DNA of 64,000 bases, from NCBI GenBank assembly GCA_051531975.1, contig JAOPTT010000009.1, forward strand, positions 416,001 through 480,000, in the 5' to 3' direction. A program made the translations under genes and the position numbers. The stretch's first letter is position 1, and the number at the start of each line of letters is the position of its first letter. The DNA comes from Spirochaetaceae bacterium. GTDB lineage: Bacteria; Spirochaetota; Spirochaetia; DSM-2461. A model generated the notes under the pieces. That model had not been told where the DNA came from. It was given only the letters and a program-made list of their open reading frames with translations, and searched no databases. Below are positions 29,037-38,551 of this stretch, piece after piece.

Positions 29037-29256
29037 TATTATCCTCCTAGATAATTATTACTCTAAAATTAGTATAGGCCATATTATGTCCCCTAACAAA
29101 TATTTTAGTATAAAGTTAGTCGAAATCATCTGTTTTCAGAAATTATGACTAATAAAATACAAAAGAAGATATAATTGTTTGAGTCTATGAGTTTAATTTA
29201 TTATTATAAACTATTACTCCACCAAAAGAAAAAGTGAATTCAATAGGAGAACTAAA

Positions 29257-29703
29257 ATGAACGATAAAAAACTAATTAAAACCAAGATTGTTAATTGTGA
29301 TATAGATTTAATTTGGTGGAAATGGACAACTCACCAGGGTTTAAAAACTTTCTTTGGTGCATATAATGAAATTGAATTAAAGATAGATGGTAAATATGAA
29401 ATATTTTTTTTGATGGATAATCCTGTTGGGGAAAAGGGTGGGGAAGGGAATAAAATATTAAGTTATCTACCTAATAAAATGCTATCCTTTACTTGGAATG
29501 CTCCACCAGAATATAGTTTTGTGCGGAATCATTTACATAAAACATGGGTAGTCGTAGAATTTAAAGAGATAGATACCCACAAAATAGAAATCTGTTTAAC
29601 TCACTTAGGTTGGCTTGATGGGAATGAATGGGAAGAAGTATTTAACTATTTTGATAACGCATGGGAGCGAGTGCTGGAATCATTAAATCAGAGTTGTAAT
29701 TAG
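29257..29703 (+). CDS. SRPBCC/AHSA1-like domain protein
   Basis: IWWKWTTHQGLKTFF, LSFTWNAPP, TWVVVEF, LTHLGW, YFDNAWERVL. Confidence 0.85.
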   Translation: MNDKKLIKTKIVNCDIDLIWWKWTTHQGLKTFFGAYNEIELKIDGKYEIFFLMDNPVGEKGGEGNKILSYLPNKMLSFTWNAPPEYSFVRNHLHKTWVVVEFKEIDTHKIEICLTHLGWLDGNEWEEVFNYFDNAWERVLESLNQSCN

Positions 29704-29782
29704 TTTTAGTGAACCTTTTACCTGATATTGAAATAGTAACAAGTAATACTGTAATATACGAAATGGATATATTAATAATACA

Positions 29783-30586
29783 ATGATGAAAGATATAAAA
29801 TTTTTAGCAAAAGAAAAAAGAGGATTTACAACAGAAGTTGAAAATAATCTTTTTAAGAATAAAAATAACATCGAATTATTATCTCTATTAAAGTCAACTA
29901 AACCAAAAGAAAGAACTTCATCTGCAACAATATTAGGGAAGAGGAAATTTGAAGAATCTATAATTCCATTGTGTCAGCAACTTAAAAATGAAAAGGCCTT
30001 GTATTCAAAGATTGCTATTCAGAATGCTTTATCAAATATAGGCGAAGCTGCAATGCCTGAATTGATTAAACTAATTGGAAACATCGGGGAAAATCAGCAT
30101 AAAGAATTACCTAAAACAATATTTGGGAAATGGAACTACCCTTGTGCCAGAGATATAGCTATAAGAACAATATGTAAAATAGGTAGTCCTGCATTAAGTT
30201 ATCTACAAAAGGCGTTTGAAAATGAAAAAATAAGATTAGAGGTCATAGATAGTATTGGTCATATTTCTTTTTATTCAAAAGATAGAACATCTTTTAATTT
30301 ATTGATTAATAGTTTGTATAATAACAATGATCCTTTAATTAAATGGAAATTAATTAGGGCATTAAGTGCATTCCCAGGTAGTAAAACTGAACAAATTTTA
30401 TTAAATATTTTAGGAAATAGCCAAGAGCCAGAATTTAGATGGGAGTCTATTAGGAGTTTAGGATTAATATGCAAGAATATTCCTGAAGAGTTATTAATAG
30501 CAAATAATGATGAGGATGAGAATGTAAGGAATATGGTATCTTTGACAATTATTAAAATAAGTAACAATAAGGAGCTTTTAAATTAA
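29783..30586 (+). CDS. HEAT-repeat protein
   Basis: Repeated helical units (ERTSSATILG, AIQNALSNIG, RWESIRSLG, DEDENVR). Confidence 0.75.
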   Translation: MMKDIKFLAKEKRGFTTEVENNLFKNKNNIELLSLLKSTKPKERTSSATILGKRKFEESIIPLCQQLKNEKALYSKIAIQNALSNIGEAAMPELIKLIGNIGENQHKELPKTIFGKWNYPCARDIAIRTICKIGSPALSYLQKAFENEKIRLEVIDSIGHISFYSKDRTSFNLLINSLYNNNDPLIKWKLIRALSAFPGSKTEQILLNILGNSQEPEFRWESIRSLGLICKNIPEELLIANNDEDENVRNMVSLTIIKISNNKELLN

Positions 30587-30603
30587 AAATCCCCTTATTC
30601 AGA

Positions 30604-32439
30604 TTAAACATCAGATATTTTAAATTTAGTAATTTCACTATCAAGTTCGTTTGATACAACATCAAGGTTTTCTGACAGAGATTCTATCCCTGACATGGAA
30701 TCAAATATTGTCTTAATTCCCAGTTGGATTTCAGTTATGGCAATGGACACAACCTGTGATATCTGTTTTACGTTCTCCATAGATTCGGATACTGTTTCAG
30801 AATTATTAACAATCTCATTTGATTCATCTTTTACAATCCCTGATATATCATGGAGTTTACCAATAGATTCCAAAATCATATTACTACCAATAGAGAGTTC
30901 TTCTGTACTGGCTGATATTTCACTTAGCGCCTGGGTTACTTCAACTACAACTTTATTTATCTCATCAAAAGCCAGTTTAGTCTCTCTACCTGAGTCTACA
31001 GCTTTATGAATGTTATCAGCTACCTCTTTAATAGTTCCTGTTATTGCATCAACTGAATTTTTTGAAGAGTCGGCTAACTTACCTATTTCTCCGGAAACAA
31101 CTGCAAATCCTTTTCCAGCATCTCCAGCATGGGCTGCTTCAATTGCTGCATTCATTGAGAGAAGATTTGTTTGAGCTGCTATTCCATCTATAAGTTCGAC
31201 CATCTCGTTTATTTTACCTAACGACCTGTCTATATCATCAATTATATTTACAGTATTTTCTAACTTACTGCTACCCTCTTTAGCAGTTTCAACCAGTTTC
31301 TCAACAGCCTTCTGTTTCTCAGTTGCTATATTGGAAACACTTTTAATAGAAGCAGTCATCTCTGTAATTGCAGATGTTGATTCCTCTTCCATCTCAATCT
31401 GTTTAAAAAACGACTCTTTAAATGTTTTAGTATTTTCATTAATTCTTTCAACGGCGCTATTAGAGGTTTTTATACTTGAATCCAGATAATCCACCTGCTT
31501 TTTTATATTATCTATATTTGCAGAGATCTCTACAACAGAGCTACTACAGTTATCACTATTTGTAACAAGTGTATCCTTAATTATTCTATTATTACTTGAA
31601 AGGTCGGTAATCTTATGTAATATCGAGCTTAATGAGTCGGCAAAATTATTAAAGTTGACTGATAAAATATAGGTTTCATTTTTATTATGAGCAGCATTTT
31701 TTTCACTAATATTAACTCTTTCTGTAATATCTCCAGAGGCCATTTTTTGTGTAAGATCTACAATATCTTTAATAGGGTTGGAGATAGAACTTGAAATTAA
31801 AAATCCAAAAATAATTCCTAGAATAATCCCAACAATTACTGTAATAATTGATAGTTTCATGGAATTCAGGGAGGAGACCCTGATATAGGCAAAAGCTTCA
31901 TCTAGCTGTAATAGATTTTCAGCTATTAAGCTGTTTATATTTGAAGAAAACTGTTCATTGGTATCTTTAGATTTTTTCATGAACATGTTTCCAACCATGG
32001 AACCTGTACGCATATAGGCTTGGGTCATTAGAACTCCACGATCTCTATAATCTTTAAAATCAACTTCAAGCAGTTCAATATTTGCTAATAACTGGCTAAC
32101 AACTTCTGTCTGGTCTTTTTTGTTTAAAATAATTTTAACATCAGATAAATTTTTGAGTCCATTTTGGTACCACTCATCAATTTGTGGTATAAAATTATCG
32201 TTTACTCCCTTTTTGTTTTCAGAAGCTGATGTTCTTAATAAAATAACACTTATCTGATCAACAGATTTACCAAAATCCATAAAGGCCAATGTAGTTTCTA
32301 GGTTATCTTCTTTTATTTCTATTAAAGTCCTGTTTATTATGTTTCCCGACCTAATTGATATAAAGGAGACAGCACTAAGTAACATTAAAATTAATATGAA
32401 CGAGCCCAGGATTCTGGTCTTAATCTGCATTTTTATCAT
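30604..32439 (-). CDS. Methyl-accepting chemotaxis protein with helical-bundle-type periplasmic domain and HAMP
   Basis: Two TMs; [34 protein letters not shown]. Confidence 0.92.
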   Translation of the reverse strand: MIKMQIKTRILGSFILILMLLSAVSFISIRSGNIINRTLIEIKEDNLETTLAFMDFGKSVDQISVILLRTSASENKKGVNDNFIPQIDEWYQNGLKNLSDVKIILNKKDQTEVVSQLLANIELLEVDFKDYRDRGVLMTQAYMRTGSMVGNMFMKKSKDTNEQFSSNINSLIAENLLQLDEAFAYIRVSSLNSMKLSIITVIVGIILGIIFGFLISSSISNPIKDIVDLTQKMASGDITERVNISEKNAAHNKNETYILSVNFNNFADSLSSILHKITDLSSNNRIIKDTLVTNSDNCSSSVVEISANIDNIKKQVDYLDSSIKTSNSAVERINENTKTFKESFFKQIEMEEESTSAITEMTASIKSVSNIATEKQKAVEKLVETAKEGSSKLENTVNIIDDIDRSLGKINEMVELIDGIAAQTNLLSMNAAIEAAHAGDAGKGFAVVSGEIGKLADSSKNSVDAITGTIKEVADNIHKAVDSGRETKLAFDEINKVVVEVTQALSEISASTEELSIGSNMILESIGKLHDISGIVKDESNEIVNNSETVSESMENVKQISQVVSIAITEIQLGIKTIFDSMSGIESLSENLDVVSNELDSEITKFKISDV

Positions 32440-32448
32440 AATTGCTTC

Positions 32449-33027
32449 CTATAGTTTTGCCATATCCACACCAATTGTAATGGCTCCAATAACTTTATTT
32501 GTTGAGGCGTCAACTATTGGTAACGACACCTGAACCAGGTAATCCCCAGTACTCTCATCAAGTTCTATCTCATCAATAAAAACAGCTCCAGCACCACCGT
32601 TATAGGAATTCTTAAATTTTCCTTCGTCACCTTGCCAAAAGTCGGAAGTAAGATCCGATAATGCAACATTACAACCCTGGAAATCCATTATAAATATTTC
32701 TGAATAAAGATTTTTACTTTGACTTTTTATACCCTTTAAGAACATGGATGCGGCATTATTTGAATATTGACCCTGAAAACTAGTATCCCCTGCTCTCCAT
32801 TTATTATCCTGTGCAAGGATCTCAGCTTCAGTTCGACCTGAATTTTTTACATTTGCATCTTTAATGGCATTTACAATAATGGGACTATTAATCCATTTTT
32901 GAAATTCATTCTCAACAAGATCTTTTATTGGTTCATAATCCTGGCTTTTACTAGAATAATCATATGGATTACAGAAGATTTGGAATGAAGCCAATAATAA
33001 TACAACTAACATGGTTTTGTTTTTCAT
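32449..33027 (-). CDS. Secreted stand-alone PDC/Cache-like sensor-domain protein
   Basis: Signal peptide; YSEIFIMDFQGCNVA..TSDFWQGDEGKF..VFIDEIELDEST..VQVSLPIVD..VIGAITIGV; 9 bp upstream of the MCP. Confidence 0.7.
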   Translation of the reverse strand: MKNKTMLVVLLLASFQIFCNPYDYSSKSQDYEPIKDLVENEFQKWINSPIIVNAIKDANVKNSGRTEAEILAQDNKWRAGDTSFQGQYSNNAASMFLKGIKSQSKNLYSEIFIMDFQGCNVALSDLTSDFWQGDEGKFKNSYNGGAGAVFIDEIELDESTGDYLVQVSLPIVDASTNKVIGAITIGVDMAKL

Positions 33028-33154
33028 TTTTTACTCCTTAACTCTTATATTTAATTATAGAATTTAGTTTAATAGATTACCAATTTTTTACGATATAATG
33101 ATTTTAGACAGTTTCTTTAATTTGATAACAATAATTATATTTGAAGGATCAAAA

Positions 33155-33763
33155 ATGAGAAAATTAATTTATTTAATCTTAGTTTTACTAGCAGTTTCAG
33201 TCACTTTGTCTGCTGGGGACTTAATAGTAAATAATGATAATATCGTTAAGAATTTTGATATTGAGAATGATAATAGCTTAGAAATAACTCTACAGGTTAA
33301 AGATGGTTTTTTAGTTCTTTATTTAACTGGATACATAGATACATATAATTCGACTATTTTCCAAGTTCGTGTCGAAAAGGCTGTGAATGCTGGTTTTAAC
33401 AATTTAATATTTTAATGTAGTGGTTTAGAATACATTTCTAGTACAGGTGTCGGTTCATTTATTAGATCTTTACAATTAGTTACAGGTAAAAGTGGTGATT
33501 TAGTCCTTGTAGATATACAACCAGAAGTTCTGATAGTTTTTCAAGAATTAGGTATAGACAAAAATTTTAATATTCAAAATAACTTGGATAAAGCAGTAGA
33601 TTCTTTTAGTCATGAAATAACAGAAAAAATAGGGTTCCCCAAAATATTTAATTGCCCAATATGTTCTAAAAAGTTAAAAGCATCTAAACCTGGTAGATTC
33701 AGATGTAGTAAATGTAAGACAATTATTGCTATAGATAAAAATGGTCAGGTATTTTTAGATTAA
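33155..33763 (+). pseudogene. Spirochaete-type anti-sigma factor antagonist (STAS + C-terminal Zn ribbon) interrupted by an in-frame TAA at 33413-33415
   Basis: Reading through the stop gives LYLTGYIDTYNS..VEKAVNAGFNNLIF*CSGLEYISSTGVGSF...FPKIFNCPICSKKLKASKPGRFRCSKCKTIIAIDKNGQVFLD*. Confidence 0.85.
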
Positions 33764-33887
33764 AGATGATCATGTTATTATCCGAAGTTAAAGTAATTAA
33801 CAGACGTTTAAATACTGTAACCTGAGGGAACTATCTTTTTATTATGTTTGCAAAAGATCTCCTAATAAATAGTTTATTTTTGAACGA

Positions 33888-33927
33888 GAGATTACACTTG
33901 GTGACTTAAATCGCCAAGGATAATCTC
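33888..33927. terminator. Long hairpin between convergent STAS and sugar-ABC transcripts
   Basis: GAGATTA..CTTGGTGA / TCGCCAAG..TAATCTC. Confidence 0.5.
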
Positions 33928-34029
33928 CTACATTTGTTTTATCTATATTGCTCTATACTTTTTAATACAGATTCTACTTCATCTGCAGTTTCAAAATTAA
34001 TCATTAAATGCATTCCATCTGGGTCAAAA

Positions 34030-34869
34030 TTACCCTTTAACAGAGCCTGCAGTAGACTCCATGTGTATTTTATTTTGAAAAAACAGATATAAAATAAGTG
34101 GAATCAGTGCTGATAGAAGTATTGCTGCTGAAAGTGTTGGAATTGGAATACCATGCTCACCTTTCATAACTGCAAGGCCTAAAGATAGAGGTCTCATTTT
34201 TGGATCCTGTATTAACAATAAAGAAAATGGTAGTTCAGTCCACATTGCAAGAGAACCAACAATTCCAATTGTACCAATCATAGGCGTTGCAATAGGCATC
34301 ATTATTTTAAAAAGTTGCTGGAAAACATTAGCTCCATCGATCCTAGCTGATTCAATTAATGATCTTGGAATTGTTGAATAATAAGTAGACATTATATAAG
34401 TTCCAAATGGGGCAAAATACGCAACCCAAACCAGAACTAATCCTATATACGAATTCATTAATCCCATCTTTGAACAGATTCGATATACCTGTGCAGCTAT
34501 AACCATTTGTGGAAATATCTGAAAAAATAGTATGAATGAGAAAATTGTTAATTTATAACGGAATCTAAGCATTCCTAAAGCGAAACCTGCAGCATTACAT
34601 ACTACAAAATATAGTGCCATACCAAGGATCACAGAAATTGTAGAATTCAGCATATATCTTTGAATGTTAAGGTTTCTAAATACATAAGAATAATTTGACC
34701 ATATCCATTTAACTGGCATAGCATTTTTACTTAAAGCATACTCCGTTGGTGATTTAAAACTAGATACTAACGTAAATAGTAGAGGATATAGACTAATAAA
34801 TGTCACAAATATAAGAAATAGATAGACTGCGACTTTCGCTGGATTTATTTTCTTTGTAGATTGTATCAT
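34030..34869 (-). CDS. Carbohydrate ABC transporter permease (MalG-like; likely start ATG 34869)
   Basis: IPRSLIESARIDGAN EAA-like loop; terminal GSVKG; ATGA overlap with upstream permease. Confidence 0.92.
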   Translation of the reverse strand: MIQSTKKINPAKVAVYLFLIFVTFISLYPLLFTLVSSFKSPTEYALSKNAMPVKWIWSNYSYVFRNLNIQRYMLNSTISVILGMALYFVVCNAAGFALGMLRFRYKLTIFSFILFFQIFPQMVIAAQVYRICSKMGLMNSYIGLVLVWVAYFAPFGTYIMSTYYSTIPRSLIESARIDGANVFQQLFKIMMPIATPMIGTIGIVGSLAMWTELPFSLLLIQDPKMRPLSLGLAVMKGEHGIPIPTLSAAILLSALIPLILYLFFQNKIHMESTAGSVKG

Positions 34870-35762
34870 TTTAATTGATCCCCCTTTTTTATAACTTGAA
34901 TTTGAACTGCAGCAATTATTGAGCACATTATAAAAAGTATTACTGCCCAACTTGATGCATAACCCATCTTAAATGCCTGAAAACCAAGTTTGTAAATACC
35001 AAATTCAAGAGTATAAGTAGCAAACCCTGGACCACCATAAGTTAAGGTATAAATAAAACTGTACATTCGGGCAAATACTTCTATAAAAGATAAAACTAGG
35101 AAAAACTGAATCGAGAAACTAATACTTGGAACAGTTATATGAAAAAATTTCTGCCACCAACTTGCACCATCAATTCCCGCTGCATCATATAAACCTGTAT
35201 CTATACTGCTCATTGCTGCAAGAAAATAGATGCAACCAAAACCTAATTTTGAAAATACGACAAATAATATAGCTACAATGTGTATTGCTGTTTTTGAATG
35301 ACCTAAAATATTAATTTGGTTAGCATTTTCCACTCCCAAAACTTTAAGCATTTCAATTAGTGGTCCTGATTGGCTTAAAATTATACTAAATAGAGTTCCA
35401 AGAATTACATAGCCTAATATGGTTGGAATATAGATTACCGATCGAAAGAATGTCCAACCTTTAAATCCTTCCCTTAAAATAGCAGATATTAATAGTGGTA
35501 GAAAAACTCCTAGCGGAATATATAAAACAAGAACGCTTAAGTTTCTAATAGAAGACCAAAACTTTTCATCTTGAAATATAATTGCAAAGTTTTTTAATCC
35601 AACCCATTCCACTGCTCCAAAACCTTTCCATTTAGTAAAACTATAATAAAAGTTGGCCAATACTGGAAATACAATAAAAACAAGCATGAGTATTAGTAAA
35701 GGTAGAAGGAGTACATAGGCATCTCTCTGTTCTTGTTTCTTCATTAATTTTCTTTTATACAT
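34866..35762 (-). CDS. Carbohydrate ABC transporter permease (MalF-like)
   Basis: YYSFTKWKG..WVGLKNF, LYDAAGIDGASWWQKFFHITVP, GYASSWAVILF. Confidence 0.93.
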   Translation of the reverse strand: MYKRKLMKKQEQRDAYVLLLPLLILMLVFIVFPVLANFYYSFTKWKGFGAVEWVGLKNFAIIFQDEKFWSSIRNLSVLVLYIPLGVFLPLLISAILREGFKGWTFFRSVIYIPTILGYVILGTLFSIILSQSGPLIEMLKVLGVENANQINILGHSKTAIHIVAILFVVFSKLGFGCIYFLAAMSSIDTGLYDAAGIDGASWWQKFFHITVPSISFSIQFFLVLSFIEVFARMYSFIYTLTYGGPGFATYTLEFGIYKLGFQAFKMGYASSWAVILFIMCSIIAAVQIQVIKKGDQLK

Positions 35763-35778
35763 TTTATGTTCCTCCTAT

Positions 35779-35806
35779 AAAATGACAGGAGTGTATACTC
35801 CTGTCA
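35779..35806 (-). terminator. Stem-loop after the SBP gene (attenuator/mRNA stabiliser)
   Basis: Perfect 10-bp stem TGACAGGAGT/ACTCCTGTCA, 4-nt loop, followed by TTTT on the minus strand, just before the permease SD. Confidence 0.7.
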
Positions 35807-35821
35807 AAAATAAAACTAAAA

Positions 35822-37126
35822 TTAAAGGTTTTGTTTATATGCTTTTTGAATTTTCTCTATAAATTCATTAAGTGTTAATTCATCGATTACAAAGAACATT
35901 TGTAAATAATTATAATACTCTGTAGCAAAACCAGTACTTAATTGGTTATAGAAATCTGGAACTGCATTTGTACTCATAGAAGTTACAATTTGTGCAAGTG
36001 ATTCATTTTCAATTGGTAAGTTTTTATTAGGTACAATTGCACCAGTCCTACTTAAGAATATTTTTGCAGATTCACCATGAACATATTCTTTTAAATATTC
36101 CACAGCAACTTCAGGATTTTTTGAGTTCTTTAAAACTGAAAATCCAATTCCAGCTCCTTGACTACTCTGTCGATCTGAATACTTTGCTTTAGGAGTATTC
36201 AGACTTGCAATATAACCAAGATTATCATACCCAAAAGAGTCTCCAAAATCTTTCCAATGTGCTATATCTGATGTTAGACCAAAGAAGAAACCACCTTCAC
36301 CTGTTTTAAACAGTTCAATTCCATCCATAAAATATGGCATAGTTGCATTTTCTACATTTACATAGCCCATTGTGAAAAGAGTTTTAAGCATTCGAGTAGC
36401 TTCAATAAAAGTTTCATCAGTAAAATTAGCACGACCGTCTTTAAATCCAGCTAGCTCGTCACCATAAAAATTAGACAATAGAACTCTATAAGCAAAATCA
36501 ACACCATAGGGTGCTCCACTATTACCCATTACAATTGGAGGTATCCCAGCTGCTTTAAGTTTTTCACAGGCATCAAGAAAGTCATCCCAGTCTCTTAGAT
36601 CAGTAGAAGGATCAATTCCTGCTTTTGTTAAATTAGCTTTATTTACATATATACCCATACCCTGTGCAGTTAAAGGTACAATCTTAATGTTCTTATCGCT
36701 CTCATTTGTTGAAGAACTAGCAGCCCAAGCAGAATCAGACATATCGTCTTTCCAGTCAGCAATATAAGAATCTAAAGGTAATAGAAACTCGTCCATATTC
36801 CAAATTCTTTGATCTGTGTGCACCATTATTATATCTGGACCAACACCTGATGCCATTGAAGCAGCCAATATCTCATAATAATTATCATGTGGTTGTGCTA
36901 CATGAATTAATTCAACATTAGGGTGTTTAGCCATGTAAAGTGCATCCATATCTTTTAAAGCAGAACCGGCTACTTCCTCGCTGTATTTAAAATCCCATAC
37001 AGTTAATTGTACTTTCTCGTCCTTTACTTCCATCTCTTCTTTCTGACCTTCAGCAAAGATAGAGAGGCAACTGAGCATCATTGTAAATAATAATGTAATA
37101 ATTCTTTTGTTTTTAAACATATTCAT
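35822..37126 (-). CDS. Carbohydrate ABC transporter solute-binding protein (SBP family 1)
   Basis: Signal ..SIFAEGQKE, LTVWDF, GPDII, IYVNKANLTKAGIDP..WDDFLDACEKLKAAG. Confidence 0.92.
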   Translation of the reverse strand: MNMFKNKRIITLLFTMMLSCLSIFAEGQKEEMEVKDEKVQLTVWDFKYSEEVAGSALKDMDALYMAKHPNVELIHVAQPHDNYYEILAASMASGVGPDIIMVHTDQRIWNMDEFLLPLDSYIADWKDDMSDSAWAASSSTNESDKNIKIVPLTAQGMGIYVNKANLTKAGIDPSTDLRDWDDFLDACEKLKAAGIPPIVMGNSGAPYGVDFAYRVLLSNFYGDELAGFKDGRANFTDETFIEATRMLKTLFTMGYVNVENATMPYFMDGIELFKTGEGGFFFGLTSDIAHWKDFGDSFGYDNLGYIASLNTPKAKYSDRQSSQGAGIGFSVLKNSKNPEVAVEYLKEYVHGESAKIFLSRTGAIVPNKNLPIENESLAQIVTSMSTNAVPDFYNQLSTGFATEYYNYLQMFFVIDELTLNEFIEKIQKAYKQNL

Positions 37127-37257
37127 TCCTCCGTTTAGATTTAATTCATTGTCATGGGGGAATGAAAGATCGGTATACTGTCATAATATTGAAAGAGTAA
37201 TGATTTGTGTTATTAGGTAGTCTCAGATTATGTAATAAGTATCAAATGCTGTGAAAG

Positions 37258-38529
37258 TTAGTATAATAATAACTCTTCATGTATTTTTTTTAGGTAGTCA
37301 TCTAGATTTATTTCACGGGAATTGAATAAAAGATCATCAAGTCGGTATTGTAATTCTGTTATATAATGTGAAGGTACAAATACCTCAGGGTCAGTACCTG
37401 AATAGTTTAGCGTATTATATATTTCCTTTAATACAGGGTATTCATTAAGTGGCAGTATGCTATCATTTAATGGAATAAGCATTCCTAAATCTTGTGTGAG
37501 GATCTTCTGACTTTTTTGAGAAAAAAGGTGTTCCAAATATTTATAAGCAGCTTCTTTATTTTTAGAAGTACGATTAATCCCAACCAAAACACCGGCGGGT
37601 TGAATTAGTTGTATACCTGGCCGTTTCATTAAAGGATGTATTAAATTAGGAAAATACCCTACATTTCCTGAACCAAGAGAATCAGTAAAGGTTTTCCAAT
37701 GTGAAGTATCTGATATAAGACCAAGAATCATTGCACTATTACTATCAGAGAATGAGTTGGAAGCATAATTGAAATATGGTTTATATATTCCATTATTATC
37801 AAAAAAGTTATTCTCACGGATTTCAATAATCATTTCCATTAAAGTACGAAATCGATTTGTGGTAAATCCCTGTCCCTGATGATAAAACCTCTGGATTTCA
37901 TCTTCAGTAAAAAAGGCCGATATAAGACTTCTTCTAAGAAACTCAGTGGTAATTGGACGGTTGTTTCCTGTTGCTATTGGATTAATCCCATTTTTTTTAA
38001 GAGCCTCGCAAGTCTCTAGGAAATCATCCCAATTAGCAGGTGGTTTCTCCGGATCTAAACCTGCTTTTATAAATAACTCTTTGTTGTAATACCATCCAAA
38101 GCCCTGAAATGTGAGGGGTAAAACTTTTAGAGTTCCCATTTCCTTACGAAAGTAGTCCAGTGATGATTTTTTTAAAGATATATCTGTACTATTTATAAAA
38201 TGATCAAGAGGTTCTAGATATTGCTGATTTTCTGTCAGTTCTGGTCCCATATGTAACCACATAATATCCGGACCTGTTCCAGCCAATAAAGCTGATCTTA
38301 ATGCGGGAATATACTCCTGATCAAAAAAGCCTTTATGAATTAATTCTATACCATTATTATCTACTTTAAATAGATTATCTATTCTGTTAATTGCTATTTT
38401 AGTTTTAGAATCTGTATATTTAAAATCCCATATAGTTAGTCCTGTATCTGCAGTCAGGGAGACGCATCCAAAAATTAAATAGGTCATGATATATATAATC
38501 TTAAAGTAGAATCTAATAGGATATTTCAC
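37258..38529 (-). CDS. Second SBP family 1 protein, possibly sensory
   Basis: LTIWDF, GTGPDIMW, YYNKELFIKAGLDPEKPPANWDDFLETCEALK; GTG start with GGAG SD. Confidence 0.88.
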   Translation of the reverse strand: MKYPIRFYFKIIYIMTYLIFGCVSLTADTGLTIWDFKYTDSKTKIAINRIDNLFKVDNNGIELIHKGFFDQEYIPALRSALLAGTGPDIMWLHMGPELTENQQYLEPLDHFINSTDISLKKSSLDYFRKEMGTLKVLPLTFQGFGWYYNKELFIKAGLDPEKPPANWDDFLETCEALKKNGINPIATGNNRPITTEFLRRSLISAFFTEDEIQRFYHQGQGFTTNRFRTLMEMIIEIRENNFFDNNGIYKPYFNYASNSFSDSNSAMILGLISDTSHWKTFTDSLGSGNVGYFPNLIHPLMKRPGIQLIQPAGVLVGINRTSKNKEAAYKYLEHLFSQKSQKILTQDLGMLIPLNDSILPLNEYPVLKEIYNTLNYSGTDPEVFVPSHYITELQYRLDDLLFNSREINLDDYLKKIHEELLLY

Positions 38530-38551
38530 ATCTCCATGATAAACTGTTTCA

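Noticed and set aside
29116..29152. Imperfect inverted repeat TTAGTC...GACTAA in a divergent intergenic region
   Set aside because: Several mismatches and a bulge; not distinguishable from background
33413..33415. Selenocysteine/pyrrolysine or alternative genetic code at the STAS internal stop
   Set aside because: The codon is TAA (not TGA/TAG) and TAA terminates many other genes in the window
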